Positions 1 to 8,372 of a stretch of DNA of 64,000 nucleotides are shown in pieces. Each line of letters opens with the position of its first letter. Position 1 is the first letter of the stretch. The DNA lies in assembly GCA_046290465.1 (NCBI GenBank), contig JBKAGP010000001.1, positions 6,144,001 through 6,208,000 on the forward strand, read 5' to 3'. The stretch is from Planctomycetota bacterium. Its GTDB lineage: Bacteria > Planctomycetota > UBA1135 > UBA2386. The notes beneath the pieces are model-generated. The model was not told the origin of the DNA. It did not search any database and saw nothing but the letters and a program-made list of their open reading frames with translations. The translations under genes were made by a program, and so were the position numbers.

Positions 1-142
1 CGACCCCAAGTTCGGTGCGGTGCGTTCGCTCGGAGCGATCCTCGAGGACGACCGGCTCAACCACCGCTGCGAGGTGGTGGAGGGGGCCGGTGCGGCGACC
101 AGCGCCGAACTGCTGCGCGCCTTCTTCCGGGCGCGCAGGTGA
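1..142 (+). CDS. tadA: 3' end of tRNA-specific adenosine deaminase (truncated by window start)
   Basis: Frame 2 reads DPKFGAVRSLGAILEDDRLNHRCEVVEG...AELLRAFFRARR*, the typical TadA C-terminus (DPK.GA..S......RLNH...LL..FF). Followed by tRNA-Ser. Confidence 0.85.
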   Translation, partial: DPKFGAVRSLGAILEDDRLNHRCEVVEGAGAATSAELLRAFFRARR

Positions 143-279
143 ACGGACGGTGCCGCCGGAGGTTGGCGGACGGGCTGTAGCTTCACGACGTTTCCCGACG
201 ACCAAGGTTGAAATGCATCGGCGGATCTGCACGATCCGTCGCCCCATTCGTCTTCGCGTCCCCACGCGGAGACCCTCGC

Positions 280-369
280 GGAGAGGTGCCAGAGTGGCTG
301 AATGGCCCGGTTTCGAAAACCGGTTAGTGCGCAAGTGCTACGGGGGTTCGAATCCCCCCCTCTCCGCCA
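280..369 (+). tRNA. tRNA-Ser(CGA)
   Basis: Acceptor stem GGAGAGG/CCTCTCC, anticodon arm CCGGT-TTCGAAA-ACCGG, long variable arm, T-arm GGGGG-TTCGAAT-CCCCC, encoded CCA. Confidence 0.97.
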
Positions 370-400
370 CTTTTTCCCCTCGCCTGGCGAGGGTCGTGTC

Positions 401-775
401 ATGGCCGAACGGGACGACGCCGACCGCAGCTACCGGGCGATCGCCGCCCGCATCGAGGCCTGCCTGCGCGAGCACCTGCCCGACGGCTTCCGCCATCGGC
501 TGCTCGACCGGCAGCGCGGCTGGGTGATCGAGCCCCCGCCGACGTCGGCGACCGCCCGCCCCGGCGAGTTCGGCCTGTGGGTCACCCGCGACGCCGACTG
601 GATCGTCGCGAGCTACGGCAACACCGACGCCGGCTTCGACCCGCCGTGCACCCTGCAGACCCTGTCGCTCGCGACCGAGCTGACCACCACCCCGCTGCCC
701 AGCGGCCGCGACCCTCTGCGCACCTTCCTGCTCGACCTGATCGCCCGCACCCCCAACCTCTGGGCCTGCACCTGA
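401..775 (+). CDS. hypothetical protein (124 aa)
   Basis: ATG at 401 after the tRNA; GC3-biased codons; no recognised motif. Confidence 0.6.
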   Translation: MAERDDADRSYRAIAARIEACLREHLPDGFRHRLLDRQRGWVIEPPPTSATARPGEFGLWVTRDADWIVASYGNTDAGFDPPCTLQTLSLATELTTTPLPSGRDPLRTFLLDLIARTPNLWACT

Positions 776-780
776 CCCCC

Positions 781-888
781 GTCCCTGAGATTGGTTCCGT
801 CCCTGAGGTTGGTTCCGTCCCTGAGGTTGGTTCCGTCCCTGAGATTGGTTCCGTCCCTGAGATTGGTTCCGTCCCTGAGGTTGGTTCG
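781..888. repeat. 18-bp tandem repeat x6 (GTCCCTGAGRTTGGTTCC)
   Basis: Six contiguous copies without spacers, lying between convergent genes. Confidence 0.95.
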
Positions 889-982
889 GGGAGCAAACCT
901 CACCTTCCGGGTTCCGCCTGGCGCATGCCGAGCTGTGCGCCGGCGACGACGACCAGCTGCTGCCGCGGCCCGATCCGCGCGG

Positions 983-1543
983 CTAGACGTCGACGCGCGG
1001 CACGACGCGTTCGCTGGCGTCGTCCAGCTCGAAGAAGGTCGGCATCTCGACGCCCATCGCGCCGCCGACGATGCTGGTCGGGAACGCCTCGAGCACGTTG
1101 CGCAGGTCGCGCACGTTGCCGTTGAAGAAGCGGCGCGCCGCCGCGATCCGGTCCTCGGTGATCGCCAGCTCCTCCTGCAGGGTGCGGAAGTGGGCGTCGC
1201 TCTTGAGCTCGGGGTAGCCCTCGGCGACCGCGAACAGCGTCTTCATCGCCAGGCCGAGCTGGCTCTCGTCGCGGCCCTGGCTCTCGGCCGAGCCGTGGTT
1301 CTGCATCGCGGTGTTGCGCAGCTGCACGACCCGCTCGAGCGTCTCCTGCTCGTGCCGGGCGTAGCCCTTGACGGTCTCGACCAGGTTCGGGATCAGGTCG
1401 TAGCGGCGCTTCAGCTCGACATCGATGTCGGCCCAGCTCTCCTTGGTGGTGTTGCGCAGGCGGGTGATGCGGTTGAACACGGCGATGCCCCAGATCAGCG
1501 GGATCAGCACGGCCACCGCGACGACGATCAGGATCGGTTCCAT
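983..1543 (-). CDS. lemA: LemA family protein
   Basis: N-terminal TM, then WADIDVELKRRYDLIPNLVETVKGYARHE, AEGYPELKS, IAAARRFFN and FPT motifs. Confidence 0.93.
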   Translation of the reverse strand: MEPILIVVAVAVLIPLIWGIAVFNRITRLRNTTKESWADIDVELKRRYDLIPNLVETVKGYARHEQETLERVVQLRNTAMQNHGSAESQGRDESQLGLAMKTLFAVAEGYPELKSDAHFRTLQEELAITEDRIAAARRFFNGNVRDLRNVLEAFPTSIVGGAMGVEMPTFFELDDASERVVPRVDV

Positions 1544-2229
1544 CAGCTGTCGAGCTCCTTCACGAGGTGGCGCGGCCACCATTCGCAAAACCTGCCGAGG
1601 AAGGCGATCTCGGCCTTGAAGCGCGCAGGCTCCCAGCGGCCGCGGCCGTCGCTCAGGCACAGGGCACCGTGCTCGATGTCGATCATCGGCGGCCGCTCCG
1701 CCAGCAGGAACTCCATCATGCGCGGGTGCAGCACGTCGTAGGCGAACCGGCGGTCGCTCGACTTGACGAAGTACTTGCGGCTGAACTCGTCCGACTCGAA
1801 GTCGATGTCGTCGAAGCCGAACGCGCCCTTCAGCTTGTCCCACATGCCCTCCGGCCGGACCAGCAGCGGCGGCGTGTCCCACGGCGGGTGCACGATCAGG
1901 TAGCTGAAGTTGTAGGTCGTCGTGCTGCGGTTCTTGCCGCTGCCCGACGTCACCTTGTAGCGGAAGTCGCCGGCTACCAGCCGGCACGGCCGATCGAACA
2001 GCAGCACGGTGCCGGTCATCGTGTTGCGCGCGACGCGGCCGTGGCCGCGTCGGAAGATCTCGAACTGCGCATACTCGTCGTCGTGGCCGTGGTCGACGCC
2101 GGGGTCGAAGCGCAGGCCTAGCTCCTGCGCCAACCCCTGCAGCGCCTCACGGCGCTTCTTCTCCTGCAGCCAGCCGAAGTACGCGAAGACCGCGACCAGC
2201 AGGATCCCCGCGACGATCAGGAACGGCAT
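1543..2229 (-). CDS. membrane-anchored protein, DUF3137-like, translationally coupled to lemA
   Basis: N-terminal TM, DIDFESDEFSRKYFVKSSDRRFAYDVLHPRMME motif; its stop overlaps the lemA ATG. Confidence 0.75.
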   Translation of the reverse strand: MPFLIVAGILLVAVFAYFGWLQEKKRREALQGLAQELGLRFDPGVDHGHDDEYAQFEIFRRGHGRVARNTMTGTVLLFDRPCRLVAGDFRYKVTSGSGKNRSTTTYNFSYLIVHPPWDTPPLLVRPEGMWDKLKGAFGFDDIDFESDEFSRKYFVKSSDRRFAYDVLHPRMMEFLLAERPPMIDIEHGALCLSDGRGRWEPARFKAEIAFLGRFCEWWPRHLVKELDS

Positions 2230-2260
2230 GCCGCGAGGGTAGCGTGGGCTCCGGCCCGCG

Positions 2261-5191
2261 CTACTTCTTGTCGCCGCCGCCGGCTTCGCCGCCGAGCTTG
2301 CCGGCGCCGTGCAGCTGCGTGATCGCGGCGCGCGCGGCCTTCTGCACCTCCCGGTCGTCGTCGGTGGTCCAGTCGATCAGGTAGGGAAGCGCCGCCGGCT
2401 CGCCGAGCAGCGCCAGCGAACGGATCGCCAGCAGCCGCTGCGCCTTGTCCTGATCGGGCATCGCCTGCGCGATCAGCTTGGCCGCGGCACTCGCCGGGGT
2501 CGTGTCGATGCGCCGGCTGGCGTCGCCCCAGAAGTCCTCCTGTTGGCGGATGGCGCGCAGGTCGTCCAGCGTGTTCTTCGCGTACTTGCGCACGTACGTG
2601 TCGTCGTCGCGCAGCAGCGGCAGCAGGTAGGCAGCGGCGCGCGAACCGAGCGCGCGCACCAGGGCCTGTGCGGCGCCGCTGCGCGTGCCCGATCGATCGT
2701 CGGCCAGCAGCGCTGCGACCTGCGTCTCGAGCTCGACGACGCGCGCGTCGGGCATCGCCTTCAGCGTCGAGTAGGTGTTCTCCTGGAGCAGCAGCAGCCA
2801 CAGGTCGCGATCGAATTCGAGGCGCTGCATCAGGCGCTCGATGTTGCCGATCCGCGGGTTGGCGCGAAGCGCCCGTTTGCCCGCCTCGGCGTAGCGGCGC
2901 GCGACCTCGGCGGGCAGCTGCGAGAGGACGCCCAGCCAGAGCCGGGCGTCGGAGGTCGAAGCCAGCCGCGAGACGCAGCTCTCGAGTCGCGGGTGGCGCT
3001 GCAGTTCTTCGGCATCGAGCGCGCGGAATGACGTCACCAGCGTGTAGCGGTTCTCGGGCTGGTCCTTCGGCCGCTCGGTGCTGTTGGCCAACAGCAGCGT
3101 GGTCAGCGCCGGCAGGCCGGCGGTGGGCACCCTCGCGCCGTCGCCGCCGTTGCCGTGCAGCAGGTCGAACCACACCTTGTCGGCGTGCGGGCCGGCGACC
3201 AGCGCCTGCCACAGGCGGACCTGCGCGTCGAACGGGTAGCCGACCTCGCCGGTGCAGAGGTAGTCGATGCGGCGCGTGCCGCGATTGGTGCGGGCGCCGC
3301 CGCGGTTGGCCCGGGTGGTCGCCGTGCCCTGCACGGTCGACGCCGAATCGCTCCAGTCGATGTCGTAGTGCGCGGCCAGCAGCGGGATCGCTGCCTCGTC
3401 GCCGGCGCGCACCAGCTCCTGGAACAGCCTGTCGGCGGTGTTGCCGTCGAGCTTCGCGTGGAAGCGTTCGAGCAGGTCGCGCAGTTGGTCACGCGCTGCG
3501 GCGTGATCCTGCTGCGACAGCTCGACCAGCACGCCGATGCAGTGCGGCAGCAGCTGAGGGCGCGCCGCCGCGATCGCACCGATCCACGGCGCGGCGCGGT
3601 CGGGCGCGGCCACACCGCCGAGACGCAGCAGCTCGAGCACTTCCGGGCGCCAGTGGATGCGGCCGTCGTGCAGCGTGCCGCGCCACGACACCGACGGGTC
3701 CTCGAAGCACTGCTGCACGGCCGCCCGGCAGGCCTCGAACCACGACGGATGCGGTTCGCGCTGGCGCAGCACGTTGAGCGCCTGACGGGGATCCCGCTGT
3801 TCGGGCAACGAACGGATCACGCGTGCCGCCTGCGCCGGGCTCGCCTGCCGGTAGATGTCCTCGAGCCAGCTCGTCTGCTTCTGGAAGTAGCCGAGCTCGA
3901 CCAGCGTGACGACGTCGTCGCGCGCGGCGTCGGTCCACGCCACCTGCATGCGGTCGAGCATGCCGGACAGCCCGGCCGCCGGACCGACCGGTGGCGACTG
4001 TGGCTCCCGTCGCGGCAGACGTCCGAGTTGGCTCGCCGTCTGCGCGGCCCGGTGGATCCAGGCATCGTCGGCCTCGACCCGGAACTCGTTGCCAGGACCG
4101 CCCGGGAAGTAGAAGTTGAAGTTGGCCGGCAGCGTGGTCGCGACCTCGAAGAACAGCTCGGTGCCGCCTTGCGGCCCGAATGCGAGCAGGGTCATCAGCA
4201 GGGTCTGTGCCGCCGTCCGCTGCGACGCGACCGGCGACGCCAGCGCGGCCCGGATGCGCTGGTGGTGCATCGAGAAGAACACCTCGCGTTCGACCTCGGA
4301 GTAGCGCTGCCAGTTGTTGGTGGCGGCGTTCATGGCGAGCGCCCGGGCGTCGGCGTTCTCGTTGCCGGCCAGCGCCAGCACGTCCTGCGGGCCGAGGTCG
4401 TGCGCGACCCGACGAAGGTTGCGCCAGGTCTCGCCGGTCGGATCGTTGCTGCGGGCGAACGCCGCGAACACGTCGGCCATGCCCTTGCCGCGCGCCGACG
4501 CGTTGGCCGACGCGAACCGCACCAGCGGCAGCGGCCCGGACGCGGCGGTCTTCAGCAGGAACGCGCGCGCCGGCTCGCCGCCGATCGACCACAGCAACTC
4601 GTAGAAGTACGACAGCTTCGGCGACAGGTTGCGCAGCCGCCAGTCCTCGCGCGCGATCGAGTCGTCGACGGCGAGCTGCCGGGCGACGACGCGCGCGGCC
4701 GGGTCGCCGAGCCACAGCACCTCGGTGCGCAGCGCCTGCAGGCGGCGTTCGTCCTCGCGCGACAGCTTCTGGTCGTTGGCGTAGCGCGACAGGATCTCGG
4801 CCATCCGGATCACCAGCGCCTCGGCCTTCTGTTCGCGCTCGCGGTCCTGCTGGCGGTCCTGGTTGCCGCTCTCGAGCAGCGCCTTGGCCTGCTCGGCGCG
4901 CTCGCCGCCGGACCTGGTGGCGCGCTCGAGCAGCGGCCGGGCCTCGTCGCGGCGGTCGAGCGTCCACAGCAGACGGCCGAGCCGCAGCGCGGTGTCCTCG
5001 TGCACGTCCTTGGCGCGCGCGTCGGCGAGCAGGCCGCGGTAGAGCTGCTCGGCGTGGTCGAGGCGGCCCTCGGAGGTCTCGACGACGGCGGCGTAGTCGA
5101 GCCGTTCCTTGGGCGTGGCTTCCCGGATCTGGCAGGGGATCGACGCGGCCAGGGCGGCCAGCGTCAGCGACGTTCGTAGGAGTTCCTTCAT
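2261..5191 (-). CDS. large exported TPR/HEAT-repeat protein (976 aa)
   Basis: Signal-peptide-like N-terminus, TPR-like N-terminal helices, C-terminal HEAT repeats (LLPLLRDDDTYVRKYA; ALPYLIDWTTDDDREVQKAA). Confidence 0.8.
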   Translation of the reverse strand: MKELLRTSLTLAALAASIPCQIREATPKERLDYAAVVETSEGRLDHAEQLYRGLLADARAKDVHEDTALRLGRLLWTLDRRDEARPLLERATRSGGERAEQAKALLESGNQDRQQDREREQKAEALVIRMAEILSRYANDQKLSREDERRLQALRTEVLWLGDPAARVVARQLAVDDSIAREDWRLRNLSPKLSYFYELLWSIGGEPARAFLLKTAASGPLPLVRFASANASARGKGMADVFAAFARSNDPTGETWRNLRRVAHDLGPQDVLALAGNENADARALAMNAATNNWQRYSEVEREVFFSMHHQRIRAALASPVASQRTAAQTLLMTLLAFGPQGGTELFFEVATTLPANFNFYFPGGPGNEFRVEADDAWIHRAAQTASQLGRLPRREPQSPPVGPAAGLSGMLDRMQVAWTDAARDDVVTLVELGYFQKQTSWLEDIYRQASPAQAARVIRSLPEQRDPRQALNVLRQREPHPSWFEACRAAVQQCFEDPSVSWRGTLHDGRIHWRPEVLELLRLGGVAAPDRAAPWIGAIAAARPQLLPHCIGVLVELSQQDHAAARDQLRDLLERFHAKLDGNTADRLFQELVRAGDEAAIPLLAAHYDIDWSDSASTVQGTATTRANRGGARTNRGTRRIDYLCTGEVGYPFDAQVRLWQALVAGPHADKVWFDLLHGNGGDGARVPTAGLPALTTLLLANSTERPKDQPENRYTLVTSFRALDAEELQRHPRLESCVSRLASTSDARLWLGVLSQLPAEVARRYAEAGKRALRANPRIGNIERLMQRLEFDRDLWLLLLQENTYSTLKAMPDARVVELETQVAALLADDRSGTRSGAAQALVRALGSRAAAYLLPLLRDDDTYVRKYAKNTLDDLRAIRQQEDFWGDASRRIDTTPASAAAKLIAQAMPDQDKAQRLLAIRSLALLGEPAALPYLIDWTTDDDREVQKAARAAITQLHGAGKLGGEAGGGDKK

Positions 5192-5223
5192 GCCGGTAAC
5201 AGACGGGATCGGTCGTTCGGACT

Positions 5224-5280
5224 TGTCGCGGGTGCGCGGATTCGATGTCGCCCAGATGTCAAGGTCGGCCGGATGTCGCG
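5224..5280 (-). promoter_or_regulatory. putative OmpR-type direct-repeat operator / -35 element upstream of the 976-aa gene
   Basis: Minus strand TTGACA-TCTGG-GCGACA (11-bp period), with extra GCGACA copies; the same motif occurs at 7953-7980. Confidence 0.5.
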
Positions 5281-5285
5281 GTCGC

Positions 5286-5355
5286 CCAGGTCACGATCGA
5301 CCAGGTCACGATCGACCCGGTCACGATCGACCCGGTCACGATCGACCCGGTGACG
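5286..5355. repeat. 15-bp tandem repeat x4.5 (CCMGGTCACGATCGA)
   Basis: Contiguous copies; contains the response regulator stop codon. Confidence 0.9.
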
Positions 5356-6067
5356 TGGCGGCGGGGCCGCCGTCGGCGTCGGGCACCAGCCGGTAGCCGA
5401 CGCCGTGCACGGTGACCAGGTGCCTGGGCTTCTTCGGGTCGTTCTCGAGCTTCTTGCGAAGGTGCAGCAGGTGGGTGTCGATGGTGCGGTCGCCGATCGT
5501 CGCGCCGTTCCAGACCTCGTCGAGGAACATCGTGCGGTCGACCACGCGGCCGCGCTCGCGCCACAGCAGTTCGAGCATCGCGGCCTCGGTCGGCGACAGC
5601 CGGTGGCTGTGGCCGGCGCGGGTCAGCTCGTAGGCGGCCAGATCGACGGCGACGTCGCCGAACGCAAACCGGCCGCTCATCTGCTCGCTCGGCGCATCGG
5701 CCTCGCGGCGCCGCAGCAGCGCCTTGATGCGGGCGCGCAGTTCGCGCAGCCCGAACGGCTTGGTTACGTAGTCGTCGGCGCCGAGCTCGAGGCCGAGCAC
5801 CTTGTCGGCCTCGCTGCTGCGCGCGGTCAGCAGCAGGATCGGCGTGCGGCGGTCGTGCTCGCGCACCGAGCGCAGGATCTCGAGGCCGCTCGGGCCGGGC
5901 AGCATCACGTCGAGGATCAGCAGGTCGAACCGGCGCTCCCTCAGGATCGCCAGCGCCTCGTCGCCGTCCTGCGCGACGGTCGCGCTGTGGCCGTCGTGCT
6001 GCAGCGCATCGTGCAGCACGGTGCGGATCGACGCGTCGTCTTCTACGAACAGGACCTCGAAGGTCAT
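5336..6067 (-). CDS. OmpR/PhoB-family response regulator
   Basis: VEDD, LDVMLPG, LTAR, GADDYVTKPF receiver motifs; winged-helix RTIDTHLLHLRKKLE...TVHGVGYR. Confidence 0.95.
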   Translation of the reverse strand: MTFEVLFVEDDASIRTVLHDALQHDGHSATVAQDGDEALAILRERRFDLLILDVMLPGPSGLEILRSVREHDRRTPILLLTARSSEADKVLGLELGADDYVTKPFGLRELRARIKALLRRREADAPSEQMSGRFAFGDVAVDLAAYELTRAGHSHRLSPTEAAMLELLWRERGRVVDRTMFLDEVWNGATIGDRTIDTHLLHLRKKLENDPKKPRHLVTVHGVGYRLVPDADGGPAATSPGRS

Positions 6068-7932
6068 CGTTGCGGCTCCTCGGTCATGGTCTGGGAGGTG
6101 CTGGTGATGGGCAGTACCAGGTCGAACGCGCAGCCGTCGCCGTCGTCGGGCGCGTTGCAGGTCAGCGTGCCGCCGTGGTGGCTGACGATCGCGCGCGACA
6201 GGAACAGGCCGAGGCCGACGCCGGCGATCGCGCCGCTCTGGTGCGCCGTGCCGCGGCGGAATCGCTCGAAGATCCGTTCGCGCTCGGGGCCGGGCACGCC
6301 CGGGCCGTGGTCGCGCACGCGCACCGTGAAGCGGCCGTCGCCGCCGAACGTGTGCACGTCGACGCGGCGACCGCCGCTCGCGTACTTGCGCGCGTTCTCG
6401 AGCAGGTTGAGCAGTGTCTGGGTGATCGCGCCGCGGTCGAGCCGCGCCGGCGCCGCCGCCGCGCCCTCGTGCAGCGTGACCGTCAGGCCGTGCCGTTCGC
6501 CGAGCGGCGCGTAGGTGCGCACGGCCTCGCGCACGACGTCGGCGGCGTCGTCGTCGCGCAGGTCGTAGGCGCGCTCGCCGCGCTCGAGCTGGCCGAGGTC
6601 GAGCACGTTGTCGATCAGCGCCGACAGCCGCGCGGTCTCGCCGGCCATCATCGCGAAGTAGTCGCGCTGGCGTTCGGGCCGCACCTCGTCGTCGTGCAGC
6701 ACGTCGGCGATCAGGCGCAACGACGCGACCGGCGTCTTCAGCTCGTGGGTCACGCCGGACAAGAACTCGGTGCGCGCGCGCATCGCCGCGTTCTCGCGCC
6801 GCAGCGCGCGCATCGTCGCCCAGACGCTGCCGCCGAACAGCAGCAGCAGCAGCGCGCCGAGCGACCAGACCGCGGCCGGCCGCGCATACCACGGCAGCGC
6901 CGGCACCGGGGGCGGTGCGATCCAGGCCAGCGGCGACAGCACGGTGGCGGCGGCGGCGCTCGGCTCGAAGCGCAGCGCGCCGCGCGCCGGCACCGGCGGC
7001 AGTTCGAGCGGGTTGGGCGTGCGCGTGCCGAGGCCGTGCAGCTGCTGCAGGAACGCGCGCGGCAGCAGCGCCCCGCGGCCCGCGCCGTCGCCGCCCGGAA
7101 ACCACAGCGCGACCTGGCCGTCGAACGCCTGCGCGTGCCGCAGGCCGTCCGGTTCGCGCAGCAGGCGGTTGGCGCGCCGCAGCAGCGCGCGTCGCTCGGT
7201 GCGCGCGGCGTGGTCCGTCTCGATCGCGGCGACGTCGTGGCCGTGCTCGTGCAGGCGACGCAGCGTCGTCGTCGCGACCCGGCGCGGCAGCGCAGCCAGC
7301 TGCCCGGCCCGTTCGGCGAGCGCGAACCGGCCGCGCTCGGCCTGCAGCAGGCACAGCGCCGCGAACGCGTCGGCGACGTCGCGTTCGCCGAACGCCGCCG
7401 GCGGCAGCTTCGCGAGGTATCGCTGCAGGTCCGCCAGCAGCGCCTCGCAGCGCGCGTCGTCCCCGCGGCGGTGCGCCTGCCAGGCGGCGGCGCCGAGCAC
7501 CGGCCAGCTGCGGCGGGCGCCGCCGTCGAGGCGCCGCAGCACCGCGTCCATGCGCTGCGCGGCGGCGATCTGCTCGCCGTCGTTGAACTCGAGCCGCTGC
7601 ACCTCGACCAGCCGTTCGCGCGTCAGCGAGTCGAGCGGCACGCCGTCGGTCTCGAGCAGCCAGCCGATCCGATCGGCGACCACGACCTCGCCGTCGCGCA
7701 CCTCGAACCGCTGCTCGACCGGGCACAGTTCGAGCACCGCCGGCTGCGCCAGCACCGCACGCATCGCCAGCGCGGTGTCGCGGGCGTCCCGTTCGGCGGC
7801 CCAGACGGCGCGTTCGTGCGCCTCGCTGGTGGCCTGCACCAGGCCCCAGCCGGCGAACGCGACCAGCGCGGTGCCGGACGCGAGCGCGAGCAGCAGCAGC
7901 AGCGGACGGGCGGTGTGGCGGCGGCGGGCGAT
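6064..7932 (-). CDS. membrane sensor histidine kinase (start uncertain; probable ATC at 7932, first canonical GTG at 7839)
   Basis: HisKA VTHELKTP, HATPase NLLENARKY, DHGPG, GVGLGL. Two TM segments, the first lying upstream of the 7839 GTG. Confidence 0.9.
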   Translation of the reverse strand: MARRRHTARPLLLLLALASGTALVAFAGWGLVQATSEAHERAVWAAERDARDTALAMRAVLAQPAVLELCPVEQRFEVRDGEVVVADRIGWLLETDGVPLDSLTRERLVEVQRLEFNDGEQIAAAQRMDAVLRRLDGGARRSWPVLGAAAWQAHRRGDDARCEALLADLQRYLAKLPPAAFGERDVADAFAALCLLQAERGRFALAERAGQLAALPRRVATTTLRRLHEHGHDVAAIETDHAARTERRALLRRANRLLREPDGLRHAQAFDGQVALWFPGGDGAGRGALLPRAFLQQLHGLGTRTPNPLELPPVPARGALRFEPSAAAATVLSPLAWIAPPPVPALPWYARPAAVWSLGALLLLLFGGSVWATMRALRRENAAMRARTEFLSGVTHELKTPVASLRLIADVLHDDEVRPERQRDYFAMMAGETARLSALIDNVLDLGQLERGERAYDLRDDDAADVVREAVRTYAPLGERHGLTVTLHEGAAAAPARLDRGAITQTLLNLLENARKYASGGRRVDVHTFGGDGRFTVRVRDHGPGVPGPERERIFERFRRGTAHQSGAIAGVGLGLFLSRAIVSHHGGTLTCNAPDDGDGCAFDLVLPITSTSQTMTEEPQR

Positions 7933-7938
7933 GGCAGC

Positions 7939-7980
7939 ACGCTAACGGGCCCGGTCGCGGAGTTGTCAACGAGATGTCGC
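7939..7980 (-). promoter_or_regulatory. putative promoter (TTGACA-19 bp-TAGCGT) overlapped by three 11-bp-spaced boxes
   Basis: Minus strand GCGACA-TCTCG-TTGACA-ACTCC-GCGACC...TAGCGT directly upstream of the kinase. Confidence 0.55.
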
Positions 7981-7982
7981 GG

Positions 7983-8372
7983 TCAGCGCAGCAGCACGTC
8001 GTAGACCTGCAGCCGCGCCACGTGCGGGCCCAGCAGTTCGTCGACGGCCTGCCGGTGCAGCGGATGGTCGGCGTAGGCCTCCAGCGCCGGCAGGTCTTCG
8101 AAGTTCATCACGAACGCGGCGTGGTAGTCGTTGTCGATCGCGGGGTGGTCGAGCAGCGGCTGGCCGAACGAGACCCGGGTCAGCCCGGGGATCCGGCCGA
8201 CGAAGCCGCGGCCGGTGCGCTCGATCCGTTCGAGCACGTCGCGGTCGTCCGGGTCCTTCAGCCACATCAACACGACGTGGTCGACCTGGCCGGCCTCGGA
8301 GTCGGTGGTCTGGCAGCCCGTCAGCAGCGTCGCAGCCAGCATCACGGCCAGCATCACATTACGGCAGCGCAT
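7983..8372 (-). CDS. Dabb (stress-responsive A/B barrel) family lipoprotein
   Basis: Lipobox LTGC; HVVLMWLK, IPGL and LEAYADHPLH motifs. Confidence 0.85.
   Translation of the reverse strand: MRCRNVMLAVMLAATLLTGCQTTDSEAGQVDHVVLMWLKDPDDRDVLERIERTGRGFVGRIPGLTRVSFGQPLLDHPAIDNDYHAAFVMNFEDLPALEAYADHPLHRQAVDELLGPHVARLQVYDVLLR

Noticed and set aside
781..888. Possible CRISPR array
   Set aside because: The units are contiguous with no unique spacers, and there are no cas genes.
5336..7969. 877-aa ORF as a fused kinase-regulator
   Set aside because: Only the last 243 aa are the regulator. The kinase is in another frame with an ATGA overlap.
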